A stretch of 64,000 nucleotides of DNA from Sulfolobales archaeon (lineage in GTDB: Archaea; Thermoproteota; Thermoprotei_A; Sulfolobales; NBVN01), in contig JAWBTQ010000002.1 in the NCBI GenBank assembly GCA_038841535.1, positions 116,433 to 180,432 on the forward strand, given 5' to 3'. The position numbers and the translations under genes were made by a program. Positions 1-9,546 of the stretch are shown piece after piece. Position 1 is the stretch's first letter, and each line of letters starts with the position of its first letter. The notes beneath the pieces were generated by a model. That model worked only from the letters and a program-made list of their open reading frames with translations. It was not told where the DNA came from and made no database searches.

Positions 1-786
1 TCTGAGTGTGCCGTAGATCTCGACGGAGTCAGGTATTACGTTACTAGCCTTACTTGCCTCGATTCTAGGCGTTGAGACGACGATAGGTGTGAGAGGGTCT
101 ACGTTTCTGGCCACTACCTTCTGGATAGCGTTGTATATGTCTGCAGCTGGCACCGTGGGGTCCTTGGTTAACTCAGGGTGGGCAGCATGACCTCCTAAAC
201 CCTTGATCTTTATTACGAATGACGTAGAAGATGCGTTCATAGATCCCTTTCTTGTAGCTATCACACCAGACGGAAGCTCTGACCACACGTGAATACCGAA
301 AACGGCGTTTACGTCATCAAAAAAGCCCTCTTCTACGATTTTCTTCGCTCCAGCACCTCCTTCTTCAGCGGGTTGAAATACTAGCTTAACTGTTCCCCTT
401 AACTTACTTTTAATAGAGGATAGAACTCTAGCTGCTCCTAGAAGCATGGCTACGTGAGCATCATGACCACAAGCATGCATTTTCCCCGGAATCCTTGATT
501 TATACGGAACATCGTTTTCCTCCTGTATTGGGAGAGCGTCCATATCGGCTCTTAGTGCGAGAGTCCTCCCTTCACTAACCCTTAGTATACCAATAACTCC
601 CGTACCAGCGGTACGGGCGACTTGAAACCCTAAACGCACTAACTCTTCCTCAACTAGCTTCGATGTCCTGTACTCCTCATACCTTAGCTCGGGATACGAG
701 TGGATATCGCGTCGAACTTTAATGATGTAGTCGCTCATAAGCTTAGAGGCATTAATAATCTCTTCCTCTACGGGATCTAAGCTCAT
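1..786 (-). CDS. M20D family amidohydrolase/carboxypeptidase (runs off left edge)
   Basis: Manual translation from ATG 786: MSLDPVEEEI..RRDIHSYPELRYEE..ALRADMDALPIQEE..MHACGHDAH..FQPAEEG..FGIHVW. Confidence 0.9.
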   Translation of the reverse strand, partial: MSLDPVEEEIINASKLMSDYIIKVRRDIHSYPELRYEEYRTSKLVEEELVRLGFQVARTAGTGVIGILRVSEGRTLALRADMDALPIQEENDVPYKSRIPGKMHACGHDAHVAMLLGAARVLSSIKSKLRGTVKLVFQPAEEGGAGAKKIVEEGFFDDVNAVFGIHVWSELPSGVIATRKGSMNASSTSFVIKIKGLGGHAAHPELTKDPTVPAADIYNAIQKVVARNVDPLTPIVVSTPRIEASKASNVIPDSVEIYGTLR

Positions 787-944
787 TTTTATCACAAGTA
801 CATTTCAACTAATCAGGTAAAAACCTTCGAACTGTTTTGATGATACTAGAAATAGCTAAGAAATCCTCTGTTCTGTTTGGATTTCCAAACCTGTGAGGAG
901 TTAAGGTTTAATAACTTTGTTTTACTAATAGTAACGGTGATAAA

Positions 945-1388
945 ATGTCTTTAAACCTTATAAAGTACGCTAAGGAAGTCGAGGAGAGAGCTTTAGACTC
1001 TTACCTTCACAATACGAGGGTTCTGAGGCTTAGTGGGATAGACTTAAAAGACCTCGAGGACGTGGTTAAGAAGGTGTCGATCGAGACATGGATCCACAAA
1101 GAGATTGTAACTGGGATGCTGAAGGCGTATCAGGAAGCTCTAGATAGAGTGGTTGAAGTCATGCGGGATGTTGAAAGTATTACACCTACCGCTATCGAGA
1201 GAGCAGTTCTCGTGAAAATCCTGAAAGAACATCTACAGATAGAGACCGACATGATCGAAACATATAAGAAGCTTGCTAATGAACTCAAGTACCCAGTCCT
1301 TAAAGCTATTGCCGAGGCTTTAGCAAGAAACGAAGAAGAGCACCACAAAATGATTAGCGACCTAATCAGAAAGTACGAAGAAACGTAA
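945..1388 (+). CDS. Ferritin-like/rubrerythrin-like four-helix protein
   Basis: Helical sequence with two ExxH motifs (ETWIH, EEEHH) and a repeated E..Y pattern. Confidence 0.6.
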   Translation: MSLNLIKYAKEVEERALDSYLHNTRVLRLSGIDLKDLEDVVKKVSIETWIHKEIVTGMLKAYQEALDRVVEVMRDVESITPTAIERAVLVKILKEHLQIETDMIETYKKLANELKYPVLKAIAEALARNEEEHHKMISDLIRKYEET

Positions 1389-1466
1389 AAACATGTGAGT
1401 AGCAATTAACTCGCCACATTACTCTTATATTTACCTACATCGATAGTTTTTACTTGGAGATAAGCC

Positions 1467-1661
1467 TTGAAGTGCCCCTTCTGTGGCTATGATGGTCAGC
1501 CCGAAGTAGCTAAAGAGTGGAAATTCAGGTTCTATACGGTTCAAAGGGTTAAGTGCCCTAGGTGTGGTGGGATATTTAATCACTACGCTGGAACAACACC
1601 AGCGGGGAGGTTCTCAGAGTTTATAATTAGAGTTAAACCAAGGCCAAAGAGTGGAAGATAG
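1467..1661 (+). CDS. Small Zn-ribbon protein (CPFCG...CPRC), paralog of 63559-63771
   Basis: Two CxxC knuckles; WxFRFYxV and GxFNxY shared with the paralog. Confidence 0.75.
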   Translation: MKCPFCGYDGQPEVAKEWKFRFYTVQRVKCPRCGGIFNHYAGTTPAGRFSEFIIRVKPRPKSGR

Positions 1662-1786
1662 GTCTATTGCTCCAGCCTCATCACTTTATCAACCCTAATT
1701 TTGTTTTAGCAGCAAGCCCTTACTCTTTTAGTGTAGTGAAGAGGTCAAATTTATATAGTTATGTTGGCTATTAAGGCGGTGGAACG

Positions 1787-2770
1787 TTGAGAATAGGTGT
1801 TTACGGTTTTGGAGCCATTGGGAGGTTAGCTTCTAGGCTGATCCTAGAGCGCGGGCATGAGCTCGTAGGGGCTGTAGATATCGATGAGAAAATTGTTGGT
1901 AAAGACGTCGGTGAGCTTCTGGGCGTAGGTAGTTTAGGAGTCGAGGTGACTAAAGACGTTAGTGAGCTTGCCGATGCCGACGTAGTGATACATGCTACTG
2001 GGTCCTACCTTGATAGAGTCTTCGACCAGATAGCCTCCTTAGTAAAGATAGGTGTTCACGTAGTCTCTACGTGTGAAACTCTCTCCTATCCCTACTATAG
2101 ATACCCAGTTCTTGCCTTAAGGTTAGATGAACTGGCTAGAGCTTTCGGGTCTGTAGTAATTGGGACGGGCATAAACCCAGGTTACTTACTTGACACTTTA
2201 GTAGCGGTCCTAGCGGCTTCGGTTCCGTCAGTCAAGAGAGTGAAGGCTGTGAGAAGTCTAGACGCAGCTAAGAGAAGAGAGCCGTTTAGAAAGAAGATAG
2301 GTATCGGTGACGACCCAAGAGTTGTTGAAGAAAGGATAGCTAGAGGTGAGATCACAGGGCATGTAGGGTACGCTGAGTCGGTATACCTCATAGCACTAGC
2401 TGGGGACCTTAACCTCACGAAGGTGGTCGAGTGGCAGGGTAGTGTACCGGCTGAAGCAGATATCGAGTCATCAGGGATTAAAGTAGAGAAAGGCAAGAAC
2501 AAGGGGATCGTAGGGTATGGTGCCGGTTTTGTGGGCGAGCGGGAAGTAGTTAAAGTCGTTTTTGAGGCTTACGTTGGCGCCCCAGAGCACGAAGAAATTG
2601 AGGTTGAGGGTCATGAGTACTCAGTTAAGTGGAGGAGTACTGGAACACCTGGGGACTTAGGTACAGTAACTGTAGCTTTAAACGTAGCTGAGAGAGTCCC
2701 GTATATGTTGCCCGGGCTTAGGCTAATGACTGACATGCTACCATTTAAGATCAGGTTTGTTAAGGGGTAA
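1787..2770 (+). CDS. 2,4-diaminopentanoate dehydrogenase / DapB-like NAD(P)-dependent amine dehydrogenase family
   Basis: GxGxxG Rossmann motif, VVSTCE, GTGINPG, GHVGYAES, PGDxGT. Confidence 0.75.
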   Translation: MRIGVYGFGAIGRLASRLILERGHELVGAVDIDEKIVGKDVGELLGVGSLGVEVTKDVSELADADVVIHATGSYLDRVFDQIASLVKIGVHVVSTCETLSYPYYRYPVLALRLDELARAFGSVVIGTGINPGYLLDTLVAVLAASVPSVKRVKAVRSLDAAKRREPFRKKIGIGDDPRVVEERIARGEITGHVGYAESVYLIALAGDLNLTKVVEWQGSVPAEADIESSGIKVEKGKNKGIVGYGAGFVGEREVVKVVFEAYVGAPEHEEIEVEGHEYSVKWRSTGTPGDLGTVTVALNVAERVPYMLPGLRLMTDMLPFKIRFVKG

Positions 2771-2776
2771 TCTCAG

Positions 2777-4141
2777 GTGGACTACTCAACCTTAGAGAGC
2801 AGGCTGAGTAGCCTAATAAGTGAGCTCGAGAGCGAGTACCTCAAGAGAACACCGAAGAGTAAAGAGCTCTTTGAAAAGTCAAAGAAGCTTACTCCCGGTG
2901 GGGTAACCTACTCGATTAGATACTTCAGACCACACCCTGTTTACGTTTCGAGAGCTGAGGGAACTAGGGTTTGGGACGTCGACGGTAATGAGTACGTAGA
3001 CTACTGGATGGGTCACGGAACCCACATCCTGGGTCACGCACCAAAGTTCGTTCTCGATGCTGTAGTAGAAGCTATGAGGTCGGGAACTCACTTAGGCTAC
3101 GAGAACCCCTACGCTGTGGAGTACTCTGAGCTACTAACGAAGGTCGTGCCTGGCCTAGATATGGTTAGGTTCGCTAACAGTGGAACTGAAGCCAATATGT
3201 ACACGCTCAGGCTTGCTAGAGCGTTTACAAAGAGAAAGTACGTAGTTAAAGTCGAGGGTGGTTGGCACGGTGGATACGATGCATTACATACAGCTGTTTC
3301 TCCCCCGTTCACTGGTCCTGAATCAGCTGGACTCCCCGATGAGTACTTAAGGTATACTCTATCTGCTCCATATAATGACTCAGAAGCAGTTGAGGAGCTA
3401 TTGAGGAAGCACTCTGTTGGGGCTGTTATAGTTGAGCCTGTACTCGGGGCTGGTGGTTGCATAGCTCCTGTAGGTAATTACCTCAAGGAGCTTAGGGAGC
3501 TTACATACAGGTACGGTTCTCTACTAGTATTTGATGAAGTGATTACGGGGTTTAGGCTCGCACTAGGAGGAGGTCAGGAGTACTTTGGTGTTAAAGCAGA
3601 CCTAGTGGTCATGGGAAAAGTTGTTGGTGGAGGCTTTTCGGGCGCAGGTGCCTTTGGTGGGAGAGCAGAAATCATGGAGTTACTGGATCACTTGAAGATT
3701 CATGATCCAAGGTCTAGAGCCTTCCACGGAGGGACGTTTGTCGGTAACCCAGTCAATATGGTAGCTGGGTATACCTTGGTTAAGTACCTAGCTGAGAACA
3801 AGTCGCTTTATGAGGTTGCAAACAGAATGTGGGAAGAGTTTAGGAAGTACGTGGATAAAGTCTGTGAAGAATACGGAAGAATATGCTGGTCGACTGGTGC
3901 TGGAACCATGACCGGTATACACTTCACTAAGTTGAGGCCGCGAAACACTAGGGAGGTTTACGAGCTAAGGTGGAGTAAGCAGATTGAGTACGCTTACCAC
4001 CTCTACTCGAGATTAAGTGGTGTACTCTACATAAGCGAGAAACTAATACATCTTCTGCCGTCACTAGCTCACTCGAGAAAAGAAGTTGAGCTATTTACAG
4101 ATGTCTTTAGAAGCTTTTTAGCTAGAGTTCTCAAGGCCTGA
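2777..4141 (+). CDS. Class III PLP aminotransferase, glutamate-1-semialdehyde aminomutase-like
   Basis: WDVDGNEYVD, NSGTEA, FDEVITGFR, MGKVVGGG, HGGTFVGNP. Confidence 0.85.
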   Translation: MDYSTLESRLSSLISELESEYLKRTPKSKELFEKSKKLTPGGVTYSIRYFRPHPVYVSRAEGTRVWDVDGNEYVDYWMGHGTHILGHAPKFVLDAVVEAMRSGTHLGYENPYAVEYSELLTKVVPGLDMVRFANSGTEANMYTLRLARAFTKRKYVVKVEGGWHGGYDALHTAVSPPFTGPESAGLPDEYLRYTLSAPYNDSEAVEELLRKHSVGAVIVEPVLGAGGCIAPVGNYLKELRELTYRYGSLLVFDEVITGFRLALGGGQEYFGVKADLVVMGKVVGGGFSGAGAFGGRAEIMELLDHLKIHDPRSRAFHGGTFVGNPVNMVAGYTLVKYLAENKSLYEVANRMWEEFRKYVDKVCEEYGRICWSTGAGTMTGIHFTKLRPRNTREVYELRWSKQIEYAYHLYSRLSGVLYISEKLIHLLPSLAHSRKEVELFTDVFRSFLARVLKA

Positions 4142-4153
4142 TTCAGTTCTGCT

Positions 4154-5161
4154 TTAAGGAGCTTTCTCCTCAAACTCTACGTATCCTTGGTGAGTGCTAA
4201 TGCTAACCGTTATCCTGAGCTCAACTCTACCTCTCCATACCTCACTTACGGCTTTAAACACCTCTTTAGTGATGTCTTTCGAGACGGTTCTATAGGACGT
4301 GGGTACGAGCTGCACTACCCTATTAAGGGGGATAACTACGCCTATGCTTAGCTTCAGACGGTCCTTCTTAAGCTTGTAGTCTAGGTTCTCCACGACGAAA
4401 CCGAACCTCTCTGACGTTTTCAGTATAGCAGCTAGAACCCTCCATAATGCGGGGTCATCGGATTCTAAGTAGGTTCGGTAAGTTTCCATTACCCTTCCAC
4501 TAACGTGTTCTTTAACTCTAGACTCCAACTCTACCCTCCTAAAGTACAGGTTTCTCTCGACTAGATCTTTTATTACTGATAGCGCTACATGTAGAGGGTA
4601 GCGCAGATTCCCAACCCACTCGACCACTAACTTGATGTCTTCTTCTCTCTGTTCTATATGTAAAGAAGATAGTGTGAGACCTTGAGCTCTAAGCTCACTT
4701 AGAAGTCGTACTTGAACATCAAAAACTTCCTCTATCGAAACTCGTGGGGGTAATGGCTTGGGTGGAGCGGCTTTATGCTCCTTGATTCTTCTCACGACGT
4801 CAGAGTATTTTGCCTCAAAATCCTGTTCTGATAGCTCGTACACTATCACTTCACCTCCGGAAGTCCCGGCAGCTTCAACTATCTTGTCCAAGGCCTCACC
4901 TCCTGTAAGGTCTTCACCGATCGACTTAAAGTAGGCAGCTATGAATAGACCGCGAAGTATTACTATACTCCCCTCAGCCTCTCTAACACGTACTCTAGCA
5001 AAACATAGCTTCTCAGCACAGACACTCATCAAGACCTTTGCTAAATCTTCTCCCGCGCTTATACTCTTGACTAGCACTATCGAACCTTTTAGTAATGCTT
5101 CTAGCCGTAAAGACATCTCATCGATAGTATCGCTAGCAAATCTCAATACGTCTTTCTCCAA
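4154..5161 (-). CDS. Hypothetical protein
   Basis: 335-aa ORF with TTG start and normal codon usage; no motif recognised. Confidence 0.6.
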   Translation of the reverse strand: MEKDVLRFASDTIDEMSLRLEALLKGSIVLVKSISAGEDLAKVLMSVCAEKLCFARVRVREAEGSIVILRGLFIAAYFKSIGEDLTGGEALDKIVEAAGTSGGEVIVYELSEQDFEAKYSDVVRRIKEHKAAPPKPLPPRVSIEEVFDVQVRLLSELRAQGLTLSSLHIEQREEDIKLVVEWVGNLRYPLHVALSVIKDLVERNLYFRRVELESRVKEHVSGRVMETYRTYLESDDPALWRVLAAILKTSERFGFVVENLDYKLKKDRLKLSIGVVIPLNRVVQLVPTSYRTVSKDITKEVFKAVSEVWRGRVELRITVSISTHQGYVEFEEKAP

Positions 5162-5257
5162 CTTTACACCACAAACAGTCGAGTTTAGTAACTAATTAAT
5201 TGATATATGACCCGTATAATTTCTTAATTTACTACGCAATAACCTATTGGTGAGCAA

Positions 5258-5554
5258 ATGGTGACTCACGAGTTTCTCAAGGTTAAGAGGCTTGAACACG
5301 GTGTTTTAGGACTAGAGGTAGCTCTACCTAACTCTCCACCACTAATACTCCTCGCGGGTAGGAAGGCCTTCATAATGTGCGGATACCTTAATATAGAGCT
5401 AGCAGAAAAGCTAGGTGTCCCGTGCGTTCGCGTAACGGGAGTAAAAAGCGTTGAGGACTTGCTAGAGAAAGAAGTTCAAGAAGTAACAACTAAAGCCAGG
5501 GACATGAGTATCTCCCCTGGACTTAGAGTAAGGGACATACTAGATAAGCTCTAG
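5258..5554 (+). CDS. DUF1805/YunC family protein
   Basis: FIMCGYLN...RVTGVKSVEDLL...G signature. Confidence 0.8.
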   Translation: MVTHEFLKVKRLEHGVLGLEVALPNSPPLILLAGRKAFIMCGYLNIELAEKLGVPCVRVTGVKSVEDLLEKEVQEVTTKARDMSISPGLRVRDILDKL

Positions 5555-5612
5555 CCGTAATGAGAGCGTCTCCTAGTTCTCCCCTCATATTATAAACATT
5601 TTTGATTAGAAA

Positions 5613-5722
5613 GCGGAAACGGGATCTTTAGCTCTCTGCTGTGTTAACGATCCGAAGCCTATGACCTTCAGCCTCTCGAGGTTCGGCTGAAGCAGTGCAG
5701 AGCTAAAAGTCCCGCCCTTTTC
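5613..5722 (+). ncRNA. Candidate structured ncRNA (long stem with BHB-like junction)
   Basis: Arm 5620-5639 pairs with arm 5692-5714; TATA-like TTATAAA at ~5590; T-rich tail; lies between convergent genes. Confidence 0.45.
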
Positions 5723-5780
5723 TCCAACTTTCATTGGTATCTAGAAACTGCCTATAGTGTCATTGGTGGCTTTGGGTTAA

Positions 5781-6374
5781 CTATTTCGGTACTTCGTGGT
5801 GTTTTCTGCACCTGGCTTCGTAGCTCTCTCGACCGCCGATCAGTACCCTGGGGCTATCGTAGGGAGCTGGTCTTCCATCTAGTAACCTCTGGGTTCTAGT
5901 TGCGGGTCTTCCACACTTTTTTCCGTCTTTACCCGTGTGTGTACAGACAGCTCTCAGGACTCTAATGTCGTCTGCGTGCGGTAGGATCTCTTTGACTACC
6001 TCCCACGGCTCTCCTCTGAAGTCAAGGTTCAGAGCTGCTACTATGACTAGCCTATCGCTACTTAAGTCCAGCAGGAACTTTACGAGCTCTTTTGAGTATT
6101 CGAAGAACTGGAACTCGTCTATCCCGATGACGTCGTGCTCTAGTAAGATGTCTCGTACTCTGTAGAAGCCAGCGATGTCGGACTCTACGACTAGTGCATC
6201 CATCTCGAGACCGTCGTGGCTGACGACCTTGCTACTCGAATACCTAGTGTCTGTGGAGGGCTTGACTAGTACTACTCTATACCCGGCGATAGCATATTTT
6301 CTCAGAACTCTGAGTAGCTCAGTAGTCTTACCGGAGAACATAGGACCCACGATTATGCGCAACCCACCTACCAT
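5781..6374 (-). CDS. tdk: Thymidine kinase (TK1-type)
   Basis: GPMFSGKTTEL, DTRY, IDEFQFF, LNLDFRGEPW, Zn site C..C, IGGRESYEARCRKH. Confidence 0.95.
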   Translation of the reverse strand: MVGGLRIIVGPMFSGKTTELLRVLRKYAIAGYRVVLVKPSTDTRYSSSKVVSHDGLEMDALVVESDIAGFYRVRDILLEHDVIGIDEFQFFEYSKELVKFLLDLSSDRLVIVAALNLDFRGEPWEVVKEILPHADDIRVLRAVCTHTGKDGKKCGRPATRTQRLLDGRPAPYDSPRVLIGGRESYEARCRKHHEVPK

Positions 6375-6537
6375 ATGCTCCCTATTTCTAGCTAACTGAG
6401 GATACTTCTTAAAACAGCTCTAGTTCTAGGCTTGGGTAGATCGTATAGTAGGTTTCCCATGTCGCAGCTCACGGAGAATCTCTAGTGATGTATAGGTACC
6501 CTATCTCCTCGAACTTAAAATAGTTTCTGATCTCTAG

Positions 6538-6547
6538 GTTACGTAAT
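6538..6547. promoter_or_regulatory. Palindromic operator GTTACGTAAT upstream of TATA (TTTATTA 6554)
   Basis: Same motif at the same position in four promoters. Confidence 0.7.
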
Positions 6548-6591
6548 CTTCCCTTTATTAGCAGCCTGGTTTTCGCGATTACGGACGTGGC

Positions 6592-8751
6592 ATGGCGCAC
6601 ACGCATTCTCGGACTAGGGTTTACCCCCTAGGTTTATGGTATGGAGTCGGCAAAGTTACACCAGTCTTCGATGCGTCTAAAATCCGCGATGACCTGAGGA
6701 AGGTCAAGGATCTGGGTGTAGGCTTTGTTAGACTTTGGGTAAACTGGAGAGATATCGAGCCGAGACCGAGTGCGTACGCATTTGGAGAGTTGAAGGAGGC
6801 TATGGACGAGGCCGAGGAGATCGGGCTTTCCGTAGTAATCCAAGTCTACTTAGAGTTTGGACCAGATTGGCTTCCGAAACTCTACCCCGATGCCGTTTTT
6901 ATTTCTGAGTCCGACCTAAAGCTGTATCACCAAGGTAGCCCAGGAGTTTGCCTAGACCACCCCTCTGTGAGAAGGCATGCTGAGAGGTTTCTTGTGGAGC
7001 TAGCTGGGTTCGCAAAGAAGTACAGCAGCCTATATGCTTGGGACGTATGGAGCGAACCACAGATAGTCCAATGGGTGTTCAGGCTTGGGTTTCCTAAGTC
7101 AGTCTACTGCTACTGTGAGCACAGCGTGAAGAGGTTTAGGGAATGGCTTAAGGAGGTCTACGTAAGTATCGACGCGCTAAACGCGGCATGGCATAGGTCC
7201 TTCAATTCGTTTGAGGAGGTTCAGCCACCTAGGTTTGTAGTCCTTCACTATGCTAAGGAGAACATTGACTGGGTAGAGTTTAACGTCTGGAAGCTCAAGG
7301 AGGATCTGCGTTGGAGGGTCGAGACTATCAAGAAAGTCGACCGGGAGCATCTCGTAGCAAGTCACGCAGCTACGTCGTCAGTTCTATTGAACCCCCTATT
7401 TGGGCACCCAGACGACTGGGAAATGTCTAAAGTCGTAGACGTTTGGGGTACGTCTCTATACCCTAAGCACGCTCACAGAGTCCCTGATCCAGCTGTAGAT
7501 AGCTTCATTCTAACCTCAGTAAGGTCTTCTGCTGACGCATGGGGAAAGAGCTTTTGGATAGGGGAACTCCAGGGAGGCCAAGGAGTTGGGGGCCTAAAGA
7601 TAGCGGACGTAGTACACCCAGAAGACATTAACGTATGGTTCTGGCAGTCCGTAGCCCACGGCTCTAAGGGAGCCTTCGTATACCACTCCTATCCAATGAT
7701 GTGGGGTTACGAGTCTTCGGGATACGGTCTACTAGACCCCGCTGGCAATTTAACGAATAGAGCAAGGGCTTTAGCGTCTATATCAAACATAGTGAGAGAG
7801 TACGGAGACATGCTTGCAGAAGCTAGACCTTTGAAAGCTAAGTGCGCACTATTATATAATAAGCACTCGTACAGACTGCTGTGGGTTCTTCAGGAGGAGT
7901 CGGCAGCAGCATTCTCTAGGTCTCTCCTGGGTGTGTACAGAGTTCTATACAAGCATAACGTTCCTGTAGATGTGGTCTCCATAGAGCAGTTCATGAACGA
8001 CCCGAGTAGCTATGTGCTACTGATGGCTCCCTTCTCGATAGCTGTTTCCAAAGAATTCTCTGGTGCTCTAGAGAGGTTTGTATCGAGCGGAGGTGTGCTT
8101 TTGGCGGATGCTAGATTTGGGTGGTTCAAGGAGGACGGCTGGATAGACGGAGAGATACCGTGCTACAACCTCTCAAGAGTTCTCGGTGCAAGAGAGAAGT
8201 CCTGCAGAAGCTTAACTGAGTCGAAGGCTGTTATGAGGGTCGTGAACGAGGTAGTCCCAGGGCTCAAGTGTGGCGACATCGTGGGGATGTGGCACTATGC
8301 TGAAACCATGGAGTTATTAAGTGAGAACACTATCCCTGTAGCTGAAGTAGGTAGTGCAGAAACAGCTCTAACGATTAACAATTACGATAGGGGTTTCGCA
8401 CTGTGGGTTGGCACATCCATAGGGTTAGCCTATGAGAACATGCGTGACCTAGGCATAGAGAAGCTTATTAAGGGAGTTGTGGAGCTTGCTGGAATACGTC
8501 CACCCGCAATAGTGGATCCAGTAGGTGCTCTCGAAGTTAGAGTTCTTACTGTGGGAGGAGGAGGCGAGAGACTAGTGGTAATGATAAACCAAGGCTTAGA
8601 GGAGGTGAGAGCGAAAATAGCTTTCCCGGAGGACAAGTGGTTAGAGAAAATAAGAGACATAATAACGGGCAAGTCCTACGTGGTTAGAGGAGGTGAGCTC
8701 GAGCTGTCTGTGCCCCCTAGAGGTGTAATCGTTGGGTACTCAAGGCAGTAG
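6592..8751 (+). CDS. GH42-like glycoside hydrolase with trimerisation domain
   Basis: WRDIEP, acid/base WDVWSEP, CYC, LNAAW, nucleophile WIGELQGG, class-I GATase-like C-terminal domain. Confidence 0.8.
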   Translation: MAHTHSRTRVYPLGLWYGVGKVTPVFDASKIRDDLRKVKDLGVGFVRLWVNWRDIEPRPSAYAFGELKEAMDEAEEIGLSVVIQVYLEFGPDWLPKLYPDAVFISESDLKLYHQGSPGVCLDHPSVRRHAERFLVELAGFAKKYSSLYAWDVWSEPQIVQWVFRLGFPKSVYCYCEHSVKRFREWLKEVYVSIDALNAAWHRSFNSFEEVQPPRFVVLHYAKENIDWVEFNVWKLKEDLRWRVETIKKVDREHLVASHAATSSVLLNPLFGHPDDWEMSKVVDVWGTSLYPKHAHRVPDPAVDSFILTSVRSSADAWGKSFWIGELQGGQGVGGLKIADVVHPEDINVWFWQSVAHGSKGAFVYHSYPMMWGYESSGYGLLDPAGNLTNRARALASISNIVREYGDMLAEARPLKAKCALLYNKHSYRLLWVLQEESAAAFSRSLLGVYRVLYKHNVPVDVVSIEQFMNDPSSYVLLMAPFSIAVSKEFSGALERFVSSGGVLLADARFGWFKEDGWIDGEIPCYNLSRVLGAREKSCRSLTESKAVMRVVNEVVPGLKCGDIVGMWHYAETMELLSENTIPVAEVGSAETALTINNYDRGFALWVGTSIGLAYENMRDLGIEKLIKGVVELAGIRPPAIVDPVGALEVRVLTVGGGGERLVVMINQGLEEVRAKIAFPEDKWLEKIRDIITGKSYVVRGGELELSVPPRGVIVGYSRQ

Positions 8752-9538
8752 TGGAGCGAAAATCCGCGACTTGCCCCAGGAGTGGTACGAAAGAGTGCTC
8801 GGACTGCTCGACTACATCGCTAAAACCCAGCGCAAAAATATTGAGAAAGCAGCCGAAATCGTCGCAGACTCTATATTCAAGGGACATGTGTGTTTTCTGT
8901 TTGGGTCAGGTCATGCTGCTATACCAGTGATGGAGATTTTTCCTAGATATGGGTCGATGGTTGGGTTCGTGCCCATAGTAGACCTCCCTCTAATATCCTT
9001 CCTTAGGCTAGTGGGGGATATGGGCTATCCGCAGTTTGATTGCATAGAGAACTCGCCTGAGTATGGGCGCAGAATAGTTGAGAACTACGAGATTCACAGA
9101 GACGACTGCGCCATTGTCTTCTCTCATTCTGGTACTACGCCCGTCACCTTAGAGGTAGCACTACAGATTAAGAGCAGGGGTTCTAAAGTGATTGGGATAA
9201 CCTCGGTAGCTCATTCGTTGAGGGCTAGACCACGACATCCGTCTGGATTAAAGCTATTCGAGGTTGCTGATGTGGTTATAGATACAGGAGTACCACCGGG
9301 AGATGTTTCCATAGAGGTATTTAGCGGGGGAAAGCCTATCAAAGTAGGACCTCTCTCCACAATAGCGTTCGTGTTCGTAGCTAATTTTGTGCTCTTAAGC
9401 ACCTATGAGCAATTGCTCAAAGCCGGTTACGACCCTATAACGCTGCCAGTTAGAGGTTTCGACTCAGATGCCGACATCCTCATGAGGAAAGCCCTCAGTA
9501 AGTACAGAGAGCTATACTCTAAACACATCTCTAAGTAG
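8732..9538 (+). CDS. SIS-domain sugar-phosphate isomerase-like protein (UPF0309-type)
   Basis: FGSGHA, FSHSG, GITS, KLFEVADVVIDTGVPPGD, GPLST. Confidence 0.8.
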   Translation: MGTQGSSGAKIRDLPQEWYERVLGLLDYIAKTQRKNIEKAAEIVADSIFKGHVCFLFGSGHAAIPVMEIFPRYGSMVGFVPIVDLPLISFLRLVGDMGYPQFDCIENSPEYGRRIVENYEIHRDDCAIVFSHSGTTPVTLEVALQIKSRGSKVIGITSVAHSLRARPRHPSGLKLFEVADVVIDTGVPPGDVSIEVFSGGKPIKVGPLSTIAFVFVANFVLLSTYEQLLKAGYDPITLPVRGFDSDADILMRKALSKYRELYSKHISK

Positions 9539-9546
9539 GGGATGGA

